NCBI RefSeq assembly: GCF_006345805.1
Contig: NC_042999.1
Coordinates: 83,142,001-83,206,000 of the forward strand
DNA: 64,000 nucleotides
Direction: 5' to 3'
DNA from: Octopus sinensis
Taxonomy: Eukaryota
This document shows, piece by piece, positions 53,059-64,000 of the stretch. Numbering within the stretch: position 1 is the stretch's first letter; every line of letters starts with the position of its first letter. Under the pieces are notes generated by a model. It ran no database searches. It worked only from the letters and a program-made list of their open reading frames with translations, and had not been told where the DNA came from. Made by a program: the position numbers and the translations under genes.

Positions 53059-53574
53059 CAGTAGTTTGGGCACCTTGGTTCTCAACTGGGGTCCATATGG
53101 CCCCAGAGAGTCCATATAAGATTGCCGGGGATGGAGTGGGGCATGCAACAAAATACTAAATTGGGGATCCACAATAATATTTTAAGGGACCCTGAAAAAT
53201 TTTATTTTGGATGTATTTATTGGTGTAACATTTTATATTGTTCAACCTACACAAGTTCATCATCATCATCGTTTAGCGTCTGCTTTCCATGCTAGCATGG
53301 GTTGGATGGTTCAACTGGGGTCTGGGAAGCCAGAAGGCTGCACCCGGCCCTGTCTAATCTGGCAATGTTTCTACGGCTGGATGCCCTTCCTAATGCCAAC
53401 CACTCAGTGAGTGTAGTGAGTGCTTTTTACGTGCCACCGGCACAGTTACGTGCCAGGAATTTTGAAAGAAGTATCTCTAAAACTAGTTTTTAAACATCGA
53501 ATGGCTATGAGAAGTTTACCAAAATAAGATAGTAATCAAAGAAGTCCATAAATAAAAAATGGTTGAGAACCCTG
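53059..53574. mobile_element. hAT MITE with perfect 8-bp TSD and nested RTE 3' end (53258-53454)
   Basis: TSD ATCTAAGA at 53051-53058 and 53575-53582; right TIR GGTTGAGAACCCTG; left TIR CAGT[14 nt]GGTTCTCAAC. Confidence 0.85.
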
Positions 53575-53814
53575 ATCTAAGACTACCATATATAATGTAT
53601 CTTTTCCGTTGTCTTTAGTAGATGTTCTGGCTATTATTTCTAGCAATTGTTTTTATTTTTATTTGTAAAAGATGCTGTAGTCTGCCAGACTTGAAATGCC
53701 TATCAGTTCTGTGATTCTGTTGAAATTTTGCTAGTTAACTTTGTTTTTTTTTCCTTGGGGTAGTCAAAGTAGTTGTGGTATAAAATAAGTACCAAGCATA
53801 TACACAGGTCACAG

Positions 53815-53990
53815 AGGCACATGGCCTAGTGGTTAGAGCGGTGGACTCACAGTCGAAGGATCGTGGGTTTGAATCTCAGACCGGATGATGTGTGTGTTTA
53901 TGAGTGAAACACCTAAGCTCCACGTGGCTCCAGCAGATAGTAAATGGTGAACTTCTGCTGACTCTTTCACCACAACTTTCTCCTTTTCTT
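53815..53990 (+). mobile_element. tRNA-headed SINE 5' part
   Basis: TGGCCTAGTGGTTAGAGCG A-box, GGTTTGAATC B-box, non-tRNA body. Confidence 0.7.
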
Positions 53991-54556
53991 CCTGCATCTA
54001 GTTCTTATCATCTTGTTCTTCTTATCATCCCCACTCCACTATCCTCCAAATCCTTCTCTTCATTCTCTCTCAGGGCAGTGGATTGCCAGAATTGTTAGTG
54101 TTAAACAAAATATCTTGCTGTATTTACTTTGGCTCTTTAGATTTTGGTTTCAAATCCCATTGTGATCAATTTGGCATTTCATCTCTTTGTGATCAAATCT
54201 TAATAGGCAAAAACTGTAGGGGCATGTATGTATGTGTAGTGTTGCATGAAACAACACTAAATGGAATGTATTTATGTAAAGTCATATTTAACACATTCAA
54301 GTGCACTTGGGCATAAAAAAAAATAGTCCTTCGAATGTGGACCTAGGCTGGGGAGAAAATTCTCCAGTATGAAAACATCAGATGAGCTCTCAACGATGCC
54401 ATCGGATTTTAGGACGCATGCATTTCTGTAGCATTTCACTTTGTCAGCTCTGAACACCAAATATCTCTTTCATAACCCAATAAGAAGGGAATTATTCTTA
54501 TTAAAACATCATACATTCCATACACTGATAGGTGTAAAGCTTAGTCAAGCTAGAAT

Positions 54557-54765
54557 TAAATCTATCTGTCTATCCACTCAGTCGAAGTCGACTCTCGGTT
54601 ACCCTAAGGATAAGTATCCTCCAGTCAGTTCTATCCTGGGCTGCTTCTTTCAGATTGGCTATGTCCATTCCGGTATCACTCTTGATGGTGTCAAGCCAGC
54701 GGGTTCTTGGTCGGCCTCTTCCCCTCTTGCCACTGACCATTCCGAGCATGATGTTCTTCTCCAGG
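54557..54765 (-). mobile_element. 5'-truncated RTE (BovB-like) LINE end with intact residual ORF
   Basis: LEKNIMLGMVSGKRGRGRPRTRWLDTIKSDTGMDIANLKEAAQDRTDWRILILRVTESRLRLSG* (stop 54570-54572), short GATA-type tail. Confidence 0.9.
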
Positions 54766-55280
54766 AATATTATGTTGTACAAAGTAGCATTGAACAAAAT
54801 ATATTTGTGTAAAATGATATACAACTTGTGTGAGTGCACTTCTATGTGAGCCAGCATTCTTTATTAAAATATGTGAACACATTTCTCTTGAGTCTTCATA
54901 TGAACACGTTTTTCTTGACCGTTTAGTAGGTTCCAAAGTGAAATTCTGGGATATCTTTCTGATTGGCCAACTAGCCAATCAGATAGATTGTTTCTATTAT
55001 GTCAGTATACATTTTGGTACCATTTCTTTCATAGAGTAGATCTTAGCCAATCGGAATTTATTTTAGCAGTTTAGGCTTATTCTCTGCTGAGGCTGTAATT
55101 TATAATCAACAGAATTATAGGCCACAGATGTTAAAAGGTTGAACAAATTGAATGTAAGTAGTGATTTGAATGTAGTTATGCATATGTGTGTATGTTTGAC
55201 TCTGTGTGTGTGTGTGAAGACAAACAAAAGCAAAGATAGACAGCCAGTGGTAGCAGACATGCTACATATATGCATGTATA

Positions 55281-55318
<38 letters not shown>

Positions 55319-55489
55319 CTTGTCTCTTGAGTAGTGATTCTGTAAATTTGATTCCTAAAAGAAATACCAGATTGGAATATAAATTGGAATCAATATTATT
55401 GATGGAACCCTTAATGTTGGTGTTGAGCCTGGTCTTAGGCTAATGACAGAAACTACTGAAAGAGTATGTTGCATCTCTCTCTCTTTCTT

Positions 55490-55540
<51 letters not shown>

Positions 55541-56856
55541 ATGTGTGTGTGTGTGTATATATATATATATTATTTTATTTTGATTATATTTGTCTTTTGC
55601 TACTCTGAGTTTCAGTAGTAGGACCTTCAGGCAAATCAGATCCCGTGCACCTACAAGTGAATCTCAGGGTAGCAAAAGATTGACTCAAACAAAATGAAAT
55701 ATATTACTTAGCTCAATCATGGTATTGGGTACTCTTGTTTTTTTTTTTTACCACCAGTTAACACTAACAGGATATATAAGCAATGCAATGTATGCATGTA
55801 CGTAGACATATGTATGTATACATAAGAGTGAATACTTGAAACGTAAAAGACATTTCCTTCTTTTTTCCCCATTTCCTGAGTGTACACTCTATAAGATATA
55901 TATATATATATATATGTATGTATATGCATATAAAATGTAATATAATATAATTAATTTATATTACAAAAACGCATATAATCAGTTAAACGGAAGAAGGTGT
56001 GTATGAGAAATGATATAGATAATTTTAAGCTCAAGAGACATCATATCAGTTTCAGGAAAAGAATCAAACAGCAAATATCATTGGTTACTTTTGAGCAATG
56101 ACCCATCCAATCAGAACAGATATGAATATATAGGAAATTTGACTTTTAATTTTCCTTTTATTTATAATATATACTGAGTTTCCCAGAAATGGAGTTTTGT
56201 TTCGTGGGTTTTTTTTCCCCCTCTTTTCCATGTTATTTCACATGCTTTCAACAAATGTGACATTGAAATCACATGTAAACAGCTCCTTTCTCCAGAAAAG
56301 GAAAAATTTGGCTGCCATTTCTTGCACACCTTGCTACCATGAAATAAATATTTTGGATCCTTTATCATAAATAGCTGTTATGTGGTAGCAGGGCATGCTA
56401 GAAATAGAAGTCAAATCTTTGGCGGTGAGATATGTTGAATGCACTTGAAAAAAAGCACTAAGTCCACTCTGCTGAGTGGTTGGTTTTAGGAAGGGCATCC
56501 AGCTGTAAAACTCCTGCCAAAACAGTCACAGAATTCTGGTGCTTGGCCAGCTCTTGTGGTACCATACCACCCATGGTTGCATGGAACACGGACGTTAAAT
56601 GATGTTGATGATAATGTATATATGTTTATTTGTGTGTCTTTGTATCTGTGTTTGTTGCCTCACCATCACTTGAAAACTAATGTTGGTGTGTTTGTGTCCC
56701 TGAAACTTAGCGGTTCAGCAAAAGAGACTGATAGAATACTAGGCTTACAAAGAATAAGTCCTGGGATCGATTACTTCAAATAAGGACGGTGCTCCAGCAT
56801 AGCCACAGTCAAATGACTGAAATGTGTAAAAGAGTGTATGTATGTGTGTGTATATA

Positions 56857-58542
56857 TCATCATCATCATCATCATCATCATCATTTAGCGTCCGTTTTCC
56901 ATGCTAGCATGGTTGGACGGTTCAATGGGTCTGGGGAGCCCGAAGGCTGCACCAGGCCAGTCAGATCGGGCAGTGTTTCTACAGCTGGATGCCCTTCCTA
57001 ACGCCAACCACTCCGAGAGTGTAGTGGGTGATTTTATGTGCCACCGACACAGGTGCCAGACGAGGCTGGCGAACGCCACGCTCGGATGGTGTTTTTATGT
57101 GCACCCGACACAGGTGCCAGACGAGGCTGGCAGACGGCCACGCTCGGATGGTGTTTTTATGTGCCCACACCGACACAGTGCCAGATGAGGCTGGCGGACG
57201 GCCACGATCGGATGGTGTTTGTTACGTCCCCAAAGCACGGAGGCCATTCTATGCGGTACTGGCTACGGCCACGTTGATGATTTTCTTGTGTGCCACCGCC
57301 ACTGGTACCACAAAGATCAAATTCCATTTATGTTCATCTATTTTGATTTGTTTTGATTTGATTTGATTTGATTGATTGATTTTCACACTTGCCTCAACAG
57401 GTCCTTCACAAGTGTCACAAGAAGGAAGGTATGCATAGTGGACTGTCTACGTCGCCGGGTCTTCGTATGGTTCTTTATGTGCCACCGACACAGTGCCAGA
57501 TGTGGCTGGCGAACGGCCACGACGGATGGTTTTCTTGTGTGCCACCGTACTGGAACCACAAAGATACAAATTCCATTGATGTTCATCTATTTTGATTTGT
57601 TTTGATTTTCACTTGCCTCAACAGGTCTTCACAAGTGTCACGCGTGTCACACACTTGCCTCAACAGGTCTCCACAAGTGTCAACACTTGCCTCTGCCTCA
57701 ACAGGTCTTCACAAGTGTCACACACTTGCCTCTGCCTCAACAGGTCTCACAAGTGTCATAGAGGGAAGGTAAGCACAGGTGGACTGACTACGTCGCCGGG
57801 TCTTTGGATGGTGGTGGTGTTTTTATGTGCCACCGACACAGTGCCAGGTTGAGGCTGGCGAACGGCCACGATCAGATGGTGTTTGTTGTGCCCACAGCCG
57901 GAGGCCAGTCGACGGCCCGTTCGGATGGTTTTCTTGTGTGCCCCGTACTTGAACCACAATATACAAATTCCATTGATATTCATCTATTTTGATTTGGTTT
58001 GATTTTCACTTGCCTCAACAGGTCTTCACAAGGGTCAAACACTTGCCTCAACAGGTCTCCACAAGTGTCACACACTTGCCTCTGCCTCAACAGGTCTTCA
58101 CAAGTGTCACACACTTGCCTCAACAGGTCTTCACAAGTGTCATAAGAGGGAAGTATGCACAGGTGGACTGACTACGTCGCCGGTCTTCGGATGGTGTCTT
58201 TATGTGCCACCGGCACGGTGCCAGATGAGGCTGGCGAACGGCCACGATCGGATGTGTGTGTTGTGCCCACAGCACGGAGGCCAGTCGATGCGGTACTGGT
58301 TACGGCCACGTTTGGGTGGTTTTCTTGTGTGCCACCGGCACTGGTACCACGAAGATACAATTCCACTGATGTTCATCTATTTTGATTTGTTTTGATTTGA
58401 TTTGATTTTCACTTGCCTCAACAGGTCTTCATAAGTGTCACAAGAAGGAAGGTATGCACAGGACTGACTACGTCCCCGGTCGGGGCCACGGGTTATGGCC
58501 TGACTAGTCTTGCCGGGTCTTCTCATGCACAGCATACTTCCA
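56857..58542 (-). mobile_element. RTE-type LINE 3' end with tandemly amplified 3' UTR
   Basis: Begins WKYAVHEKTRQD* (58542-58504), ends in (ATG)n; four copies of an internal block and about ten 33-38-nt units. Confidence 0.85.
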
Positions 58543-59537
58543 TATATATATGTATGTATATAGGTGAATAGCCCAGTGATTAGGGTGTTGGTCTTACGAT
58601 CATCTTGTGACAGGATCAGCTCTCAGGTAGAACAGGCTGTTGTATCCATGAGTGCATGACTGAGAGATTGAAAGTGTGTGTGTGTGAGTGAATGTATTCT
58701 TAGGGCTGATACATTCATAAGGACATAGTTAGGTCATTTAGTTATAAATGAGTTATAGCTAGCAATTTGAATGTCAGTGCATTTTAATCCATAACGAACA
58801 AATGCGTGTGCACACACACACGCAAACGCACTTGTGTATGCATATATTGATGTGTGTGTGTGTGTGTGTATGTATATATATATATATATATATAGTGGTG
58901 TGTGTGTATTTCAATTGAAAATTGAGCTGATAAAATAAAGGATTTCATATCCTCATTACGAAGATTATTTCCATACTATAATATATACACACATATTCAC
59001 CTATACACACACACACACACACACACATGCATATATGTATGTATATATCAACACATACACACACATATAACCATTATTATTTGATGTCTGTTTTCCATCT
59101 TGATATATCTATATATGCACACTCATGCATAGAGAAATAGTGTATGAAGTAGAGGAGAGGATTGCTAGGTAGGGCATGGTATGCAAATTAAAGAGAGAGA
59201 CAATGATATGATTAATGTCATAGCATTAATACATACACCGTATGCCATGCTTCGTTAGGTATTAATTACCTTTACTGTTTTAAATTGTTGTACAGAGTTC
59301 AAACAATCATGTCCTTATAAGGAATCAAGTGGGAGATAATAGAACTGGGGGTCAGAGTATGTTGGACAGGGTGTAAGTCATTTCTGATATTCAGCTGTCG
59401 GAATTCTAAAGTTCTGTTTGCTTTTAATTTTGTGTTGCTACGAGAAGCGTATCCTGGTTTATAACTAAGGGCTGTATGCAATGGTGAATGTGCAACAATT
59501 AACTGAACATTAAACACACACACACACACATACAAAT

Positions 59538-59586
<49 letters not shown>

Positions 59587-59906
59587 TAGGCCTCCAACTC
59601 TGCAAACACGCACAGAGGCCTCTAAGCACTGCACAAACATGATTAGACATTTTTCTTAACTGAGAGTATAGGATATGGAGGACAATAGAATTAGAATAAT
59701 ATGGCCTGATGCTCTTCCTGTCACCAACTTTCACCTGTTTTCAAGCACCCTAATACTTCCTTCCTAGTCTTTTGTTAACTGTGCTGTTCATGTTTGAAGG
59801 ATTCGGGAAATTTGGGGAGACAGGAAGAACATCTGTCCATTGAAAATATTGTGCCCTGATGAATTTTGGCTGGCCTATGGAAGCCTACAAAAATTGACAT
59901 TAAAAT

Positions 59907-60140
59907 TTAATTCTTTATTGCCTACAAGGGGCTAAACATAGAGGAGACAAATAATGACAGACAAAGGGACTAAGTCGATTACATTGACCCCAGTGCGTAA
60001 CTGGTACTTATCTAATCGACCTCGAAAGGATGAAAGGCAAAGTCGACCTCGGCGGAATTTGGACTCAGAACATAGTGGCAGATGAAATACCAGTAAGCAT
60101 TTTGCCTGGCATGCTAACGATTCTGCCAGCTCGTCGCCTT
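59907..60140 (-). mobile_element. SINE family A full length (tail A) with 18-bp TSD
   Basis: AAAAATTGACATTAAAAT at 59889-59906 and 60141-60158. Confidence 0.9.
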
Positions 60141-60221
60141 AAAAATTGACATTAAAATGATAACAAAGTATGTGAATCTGTTAGTATCTCCATGCTCCTG
60201 CAAAGGTTTTGAACTTGGAAC

Positions 60222-60680
60222 ATCATTATCATCAGTAGCACCATCATTTAATTTCTGTTTTCCATGCTGGCATGGGTTGGATGGTTTGACAGGAGCTGGC
60301 CAGCCAGGGAGTCTGTCCTCACTCTAATTGTCTGTTGTGGCATGGTTTCTATGGCTGGAAGCCCTTCCTATCACCAACCACATTACAGGGTGTGCTGGGT
60401 GCATTTATGCAGCACTAGCACAAGTGTATATTATGTGGCACTGGCACTTGTAAACGACAGGCCTGTATGTATGGTTGACAAGGATTTCACTTAGCCGGAC
60501 ATGCCTTCCCAAGTACAGCGAATAACCACAACTCCTGGTCCCTTGTCGCTTCTTCAGTGAAGCCTAGCATCCAAACATCCTTTCTCGCCACTTTGTCTCA
60601 CATCTTCCTGGCTGTACCCCTTCCACAGGTTCCATCCACAATTACAGCCTGACACCTCTTTATGCAGCTGTCTTCATAAA
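60222..60680 (-). mobile_element. RTE-type LINE 3' end with decayed ORF
   Basis: RGTARKM*DKVARKDVWMLGFTEEATRDQELWLFAVLGKACPAK*. Confidence 0.7.
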
Positions 60681-61824
60681 GGAATATAGCTTAAATCCCA
60701 CAAGACTATTTACCAGTCCTTCCACTGATTGTGTTGTTGTCCAACAACCACCCTTGTAATCATAACAATAGCAACATCAATTTATTTAATTTGAACTTGA
60801 TTTCATTCGATTTCTCTCTTAATGACAATTAAATCATCAGCAGCAGCGGCAGAAGTAGCAGCGATTACTTCTTCAACAACTGTAGAAGAAAACTGAAAAA
60901 CATCTGCAAAAACAATAGAGACATCGACAAGAGCAAAAACAAGGAGATCTGCATTAATACCAACAAAAGAAGCAGCTGTACTGACAGCTACACTAATAAA
61001 GGACAAAACATAAACGGCAACAACCACAACAACAATAACAACAACAGCTTCAGCCATAAAAACAAACAAAAACAGCTGTAGCAACAGCGAGCAACAATAA
61101 ACCACAATAATTATAACCACCCCAGCCTAACTTCCTTCCCACATATATCACCATTAATGCAATTCTTCCTTGCCTCAGTTTCTTTATCATTGAGATCGTC
61201 TCCACCACCACTGCTGCTATCAACTCCACCACCATCACCACCACTACTATCAACTCCACCACCACCATCATCACCACATCGCCAAACTTAGCCACAACAT
61301 GCAAGAATCGCAGTAGTGTCTTTAACCTCATTAACTCTTTTGTTTTATGCTGGGATGTGCACCGCACCAGAAATTAGTGCAGAGAACCTGCAGCTGTTGA
61401 ATGTTGGTGCAATCCGCTTCCCTTGCTTCTACCATTTCCACCCCACCCCCACAGGACCTTGGACAACGAAGAGGAAAAATCAGCATATCCATACAAGCCA
61501 CTCTGCATCCCCCATATGATAAACCAGTTCCATGCACAGCTGCTTGACCTGCTGGAAGTGGCACCCAAATTTCTCTCAAATTACACCCTTACCGAGATGA
61601 ATGTATATTGGATAGTTATCTGTGTTAAAGTGTCCGAAAAAGAAGTTGTAATCAGAATACTTTTGATCATAGTTCTGCTTGATCAATACTTGCCTGGGGT
61701 TAAACAGCAGAAGCAATAACCACTGGGTGAGTGTGCAGTATGGTCCTCAACTAGGACGGCAGAATGGTGTTTCTGAAGTAATCGATCATTTACTCATAGC
61801 TGTTTGATCTACAAATTATATGGA

Positions 61825-62125
61825 TATGCATGGCTTAGTGGTTAGGGAATGGGGCTTGTAATCTTGAGATTGTGGCTTCAATTTCTGGACCAGGTAACGC
61901 GTTGTGCTCTTGAGCAAAATACTTCCCTTCATGTTGATCCATTTCACTCAGTTGTAGAAGTGAGTACCACTAGTGGAAACAGATTGCTTAGTGGTTAGGG
62001 TGTAGGATTCACAACCGTAAGATTGTGGTTTTGATCCCTGGACTGGGCGATCTGTTGTGTTCTTGAGCAAAACACTTCATTTCAGGTTGTTCCATCCACT
62101 TAGCTGTGGAAATGAGTTTAGCCTG
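61825..62125 (+). mobile_element. Two tandem tRNA-headed SINE 5' parts (family C-like)
   Basis: GCTTAGTGGTTAGGG heads at about 61832 and 61986, each followed by TTGAGCAAAA.ACTTC. Confidence 0.65.
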
Positions 62126-62499
62126 CAGAGGAATGGGCTCTGGTAACTTCCTAACCCTAGATATGCTGCATGGCTGCAGCACCCCAATTACCCCCAACGG
62201 GTTAAGGGACCTGTCAGTTGTCAGCTGTTTGATCTACCTCTTATATGCCATAGGTCTGCTGGGTCAGTGAGGACCTGCTACAACACCAGCACAGCTGCTA
62301 ACAACTATAAATATGTTGAACCAATATTGGCACTACAACTACTGCCTCCCTTACTGTGTTCATGCAGTAAAAATTGGTGGTGCTTTTACTTGTGAATCTA
62401 ATTTGTTACCAGTTTTAATCACTGGGTTGCTCTTGGGTGGCAGAAAAGCTTAGTAAGGCTTTCAAACATATCTTCTATCTTTTACCTTCCTACTTGTTT

Positions 62500-62850
62500 C
62501 AGTTACTGGACTGCTGCCATGCTGGGGCATCATCTTGAAGGGTTTAGTTAAGCAAATTGACCCCAGTACTGGCACTTTTTTGTCTGTCTCTTTTGCCAAA
62601 CTGCTAAGTTACAGGGACATCAATAAACTAACACCAGTTGTCAAGCAGTGGTGGGGAGAAAACACACACAAACACACAAACAATGAGCTTTTTTCACAAT
62701 CCATCTAACAAATCCACTTACAAGGCCTTGGTTGGCCCAGGCCTATAGTAGAAGACACTTGCCCCAAAGTGCCAAGTACCACACAACAGAGCTGAACCAA
62801 GAACCATGTGGTTGGGAAGCAAGATTCTTACCACGCTACCACTCCTGCAC
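62500..62850 (-). mobile_element. SINE family B, diverged
   Basis: Reverse complement of the family B body and head. Confidence 0.7.
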
Positions 62851-63520
62851 AAAATATTTGCATCAGAAAGAAAACTCTGCTGAAAGTACCCTGCCAAGGA
62901 CCAGGTGATGGTGTTAAACCTTGTAGCTTGTGTCCTCTTTTTTGAACTGGTAAAGTTTATTATGCTTACCAATGAATTCCTTGGTAGCTGGGTTTCTAGG
63001 ATAGAAAGGTTGTAGGGTCAATTTGGGGTAGATGAAGGACTAGAAAAGAATAAGAAAATGGGTGAGATAAGGGTGAATATATTTTTCTTCACCATATCTT
63101 TTGCTTAACACTCGTCATTTTTTTATATTTCCTAAAGAAATTTTACAGTTATGGTACAGATATGGGTATGTGGTTAAGTAATTGTATAATGTGGTTTGAT
63201 CCCACTTCACAGAAATCCATCTTTTCTGTGTGTTTGTGTATATGTATGCTTATGCGCGCGTTTCATCAATGTGCAAATCTCTGAAAAAGCTGATAAACCA
63301 AAGCTTTTGAACAAAAATACTTTGTGATATGAGCTCTGTCCAAGTTGGAAAAACACTCCCTTATCACTCTTGCCATCAGGAATATGAGTCAGTGATTAGT
63401 TCACTGATAAACTTTTAAACAATAGTGGTGTTTGTCACAAAATGTAAAATAAATGTAACTAAATATAACTCATATGTGAGTATATATATAACTATGTATG
63501 TGCATGCTTCTTTGTGTGTG

Positions 63521-63588
<68 letters not shown>

Positions 63589-64000
63589 TTATGTATACAC
63601 ACACACGCATCTGTCGTTGCTCTATGGATTTGCAGATGTTAGCATGCGTGCATGTAATGTGAGCTGCTTATGCAAATGTGTGTGTGAGTGTGACATATAT
63701 ACGCCCTGATCTGTGTTTATGTTCATGCATATTCCTATATGTATATTTGTGTGTGTATGTATATGTGTGTGGATATATCTGTCGTCATTTTTGCTAGCAT
63801 GTCTTAAAGAAAAAGAAATTGCTTCCTCGTGATGTGAAGACAATTTTAAGTTCCTTAAGAATCAAACCAATCACCTTTTGCTGTATTATTGCAATATGAA
63901 ACCATTCATCCGTTCATTGAAAACCATAAATTTGTTTCATAGAATTATCTGCATATGTCTCAAATTTCTTTTTTAACTCTTTAGCATTCAGATTTCTTTG

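Noticed and set aside
53815-53885. tRNA-like sequence with A and B boxes (also 22790-22850, 61830, 61986)
   Set aside because: No complete cloverleaf acceptor stem; continues into a SINE body
57383-58440. 33-nt palindromic direct repeats resembling a CRISPR array
   Set aside because: Units are mostly adjacent with no unique spacers, lie inside a LINE 3' UTR, and the genome is eukaryotic with no cas genes
61423-61719. 98-aa ORF with a plausible acceptor
   Set aside because: Much of it (about 61520-61710) is an inverted copy of a dispersed repeat seen elsewhere in the window; no recognisable domain

Overview
AT-rich eukaryotic non-coding DNA, almost certainly from an octopus (inferred from the repeat families and the extreme (TA)n/(TG)n/(CAT)n microsatellite density; not database-confirmed). 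I found no protein-coding gene I can support: the long ORFs in the track are microsatellite artefacts, and the recognisable protein fragments are transposon fossils (abundant RTE-type LINE 3' ends plus three other LINE C-termini, an RLE/R4-Dong-like fragment, two Tc1/mariner remnants). The window also holds at least four tRNA-headed SINE families, piggyBac-like and hAT-like MITEs and a probable Helitron. The most notable signal is a set of minimal type-I hammerhead ribozyme motifs of the Penelope-like-element (PLE) kind, each with a different palindromic helix III. Two have intact canonical cores (19.3 kb +, 37.96 kb -), one has a compensatory U3-A8 pair (37.65 kb -), and three are degenerate or truncated. 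The two minus-strand motifs at 37.6-38.0 kb are in tandem, with predicted cleavage sites 301 nt apart. A few candidate micro-exons on both strands are listed with low confidence. Repeat boundaries are approximate unless a TSD or TIR is quoted.
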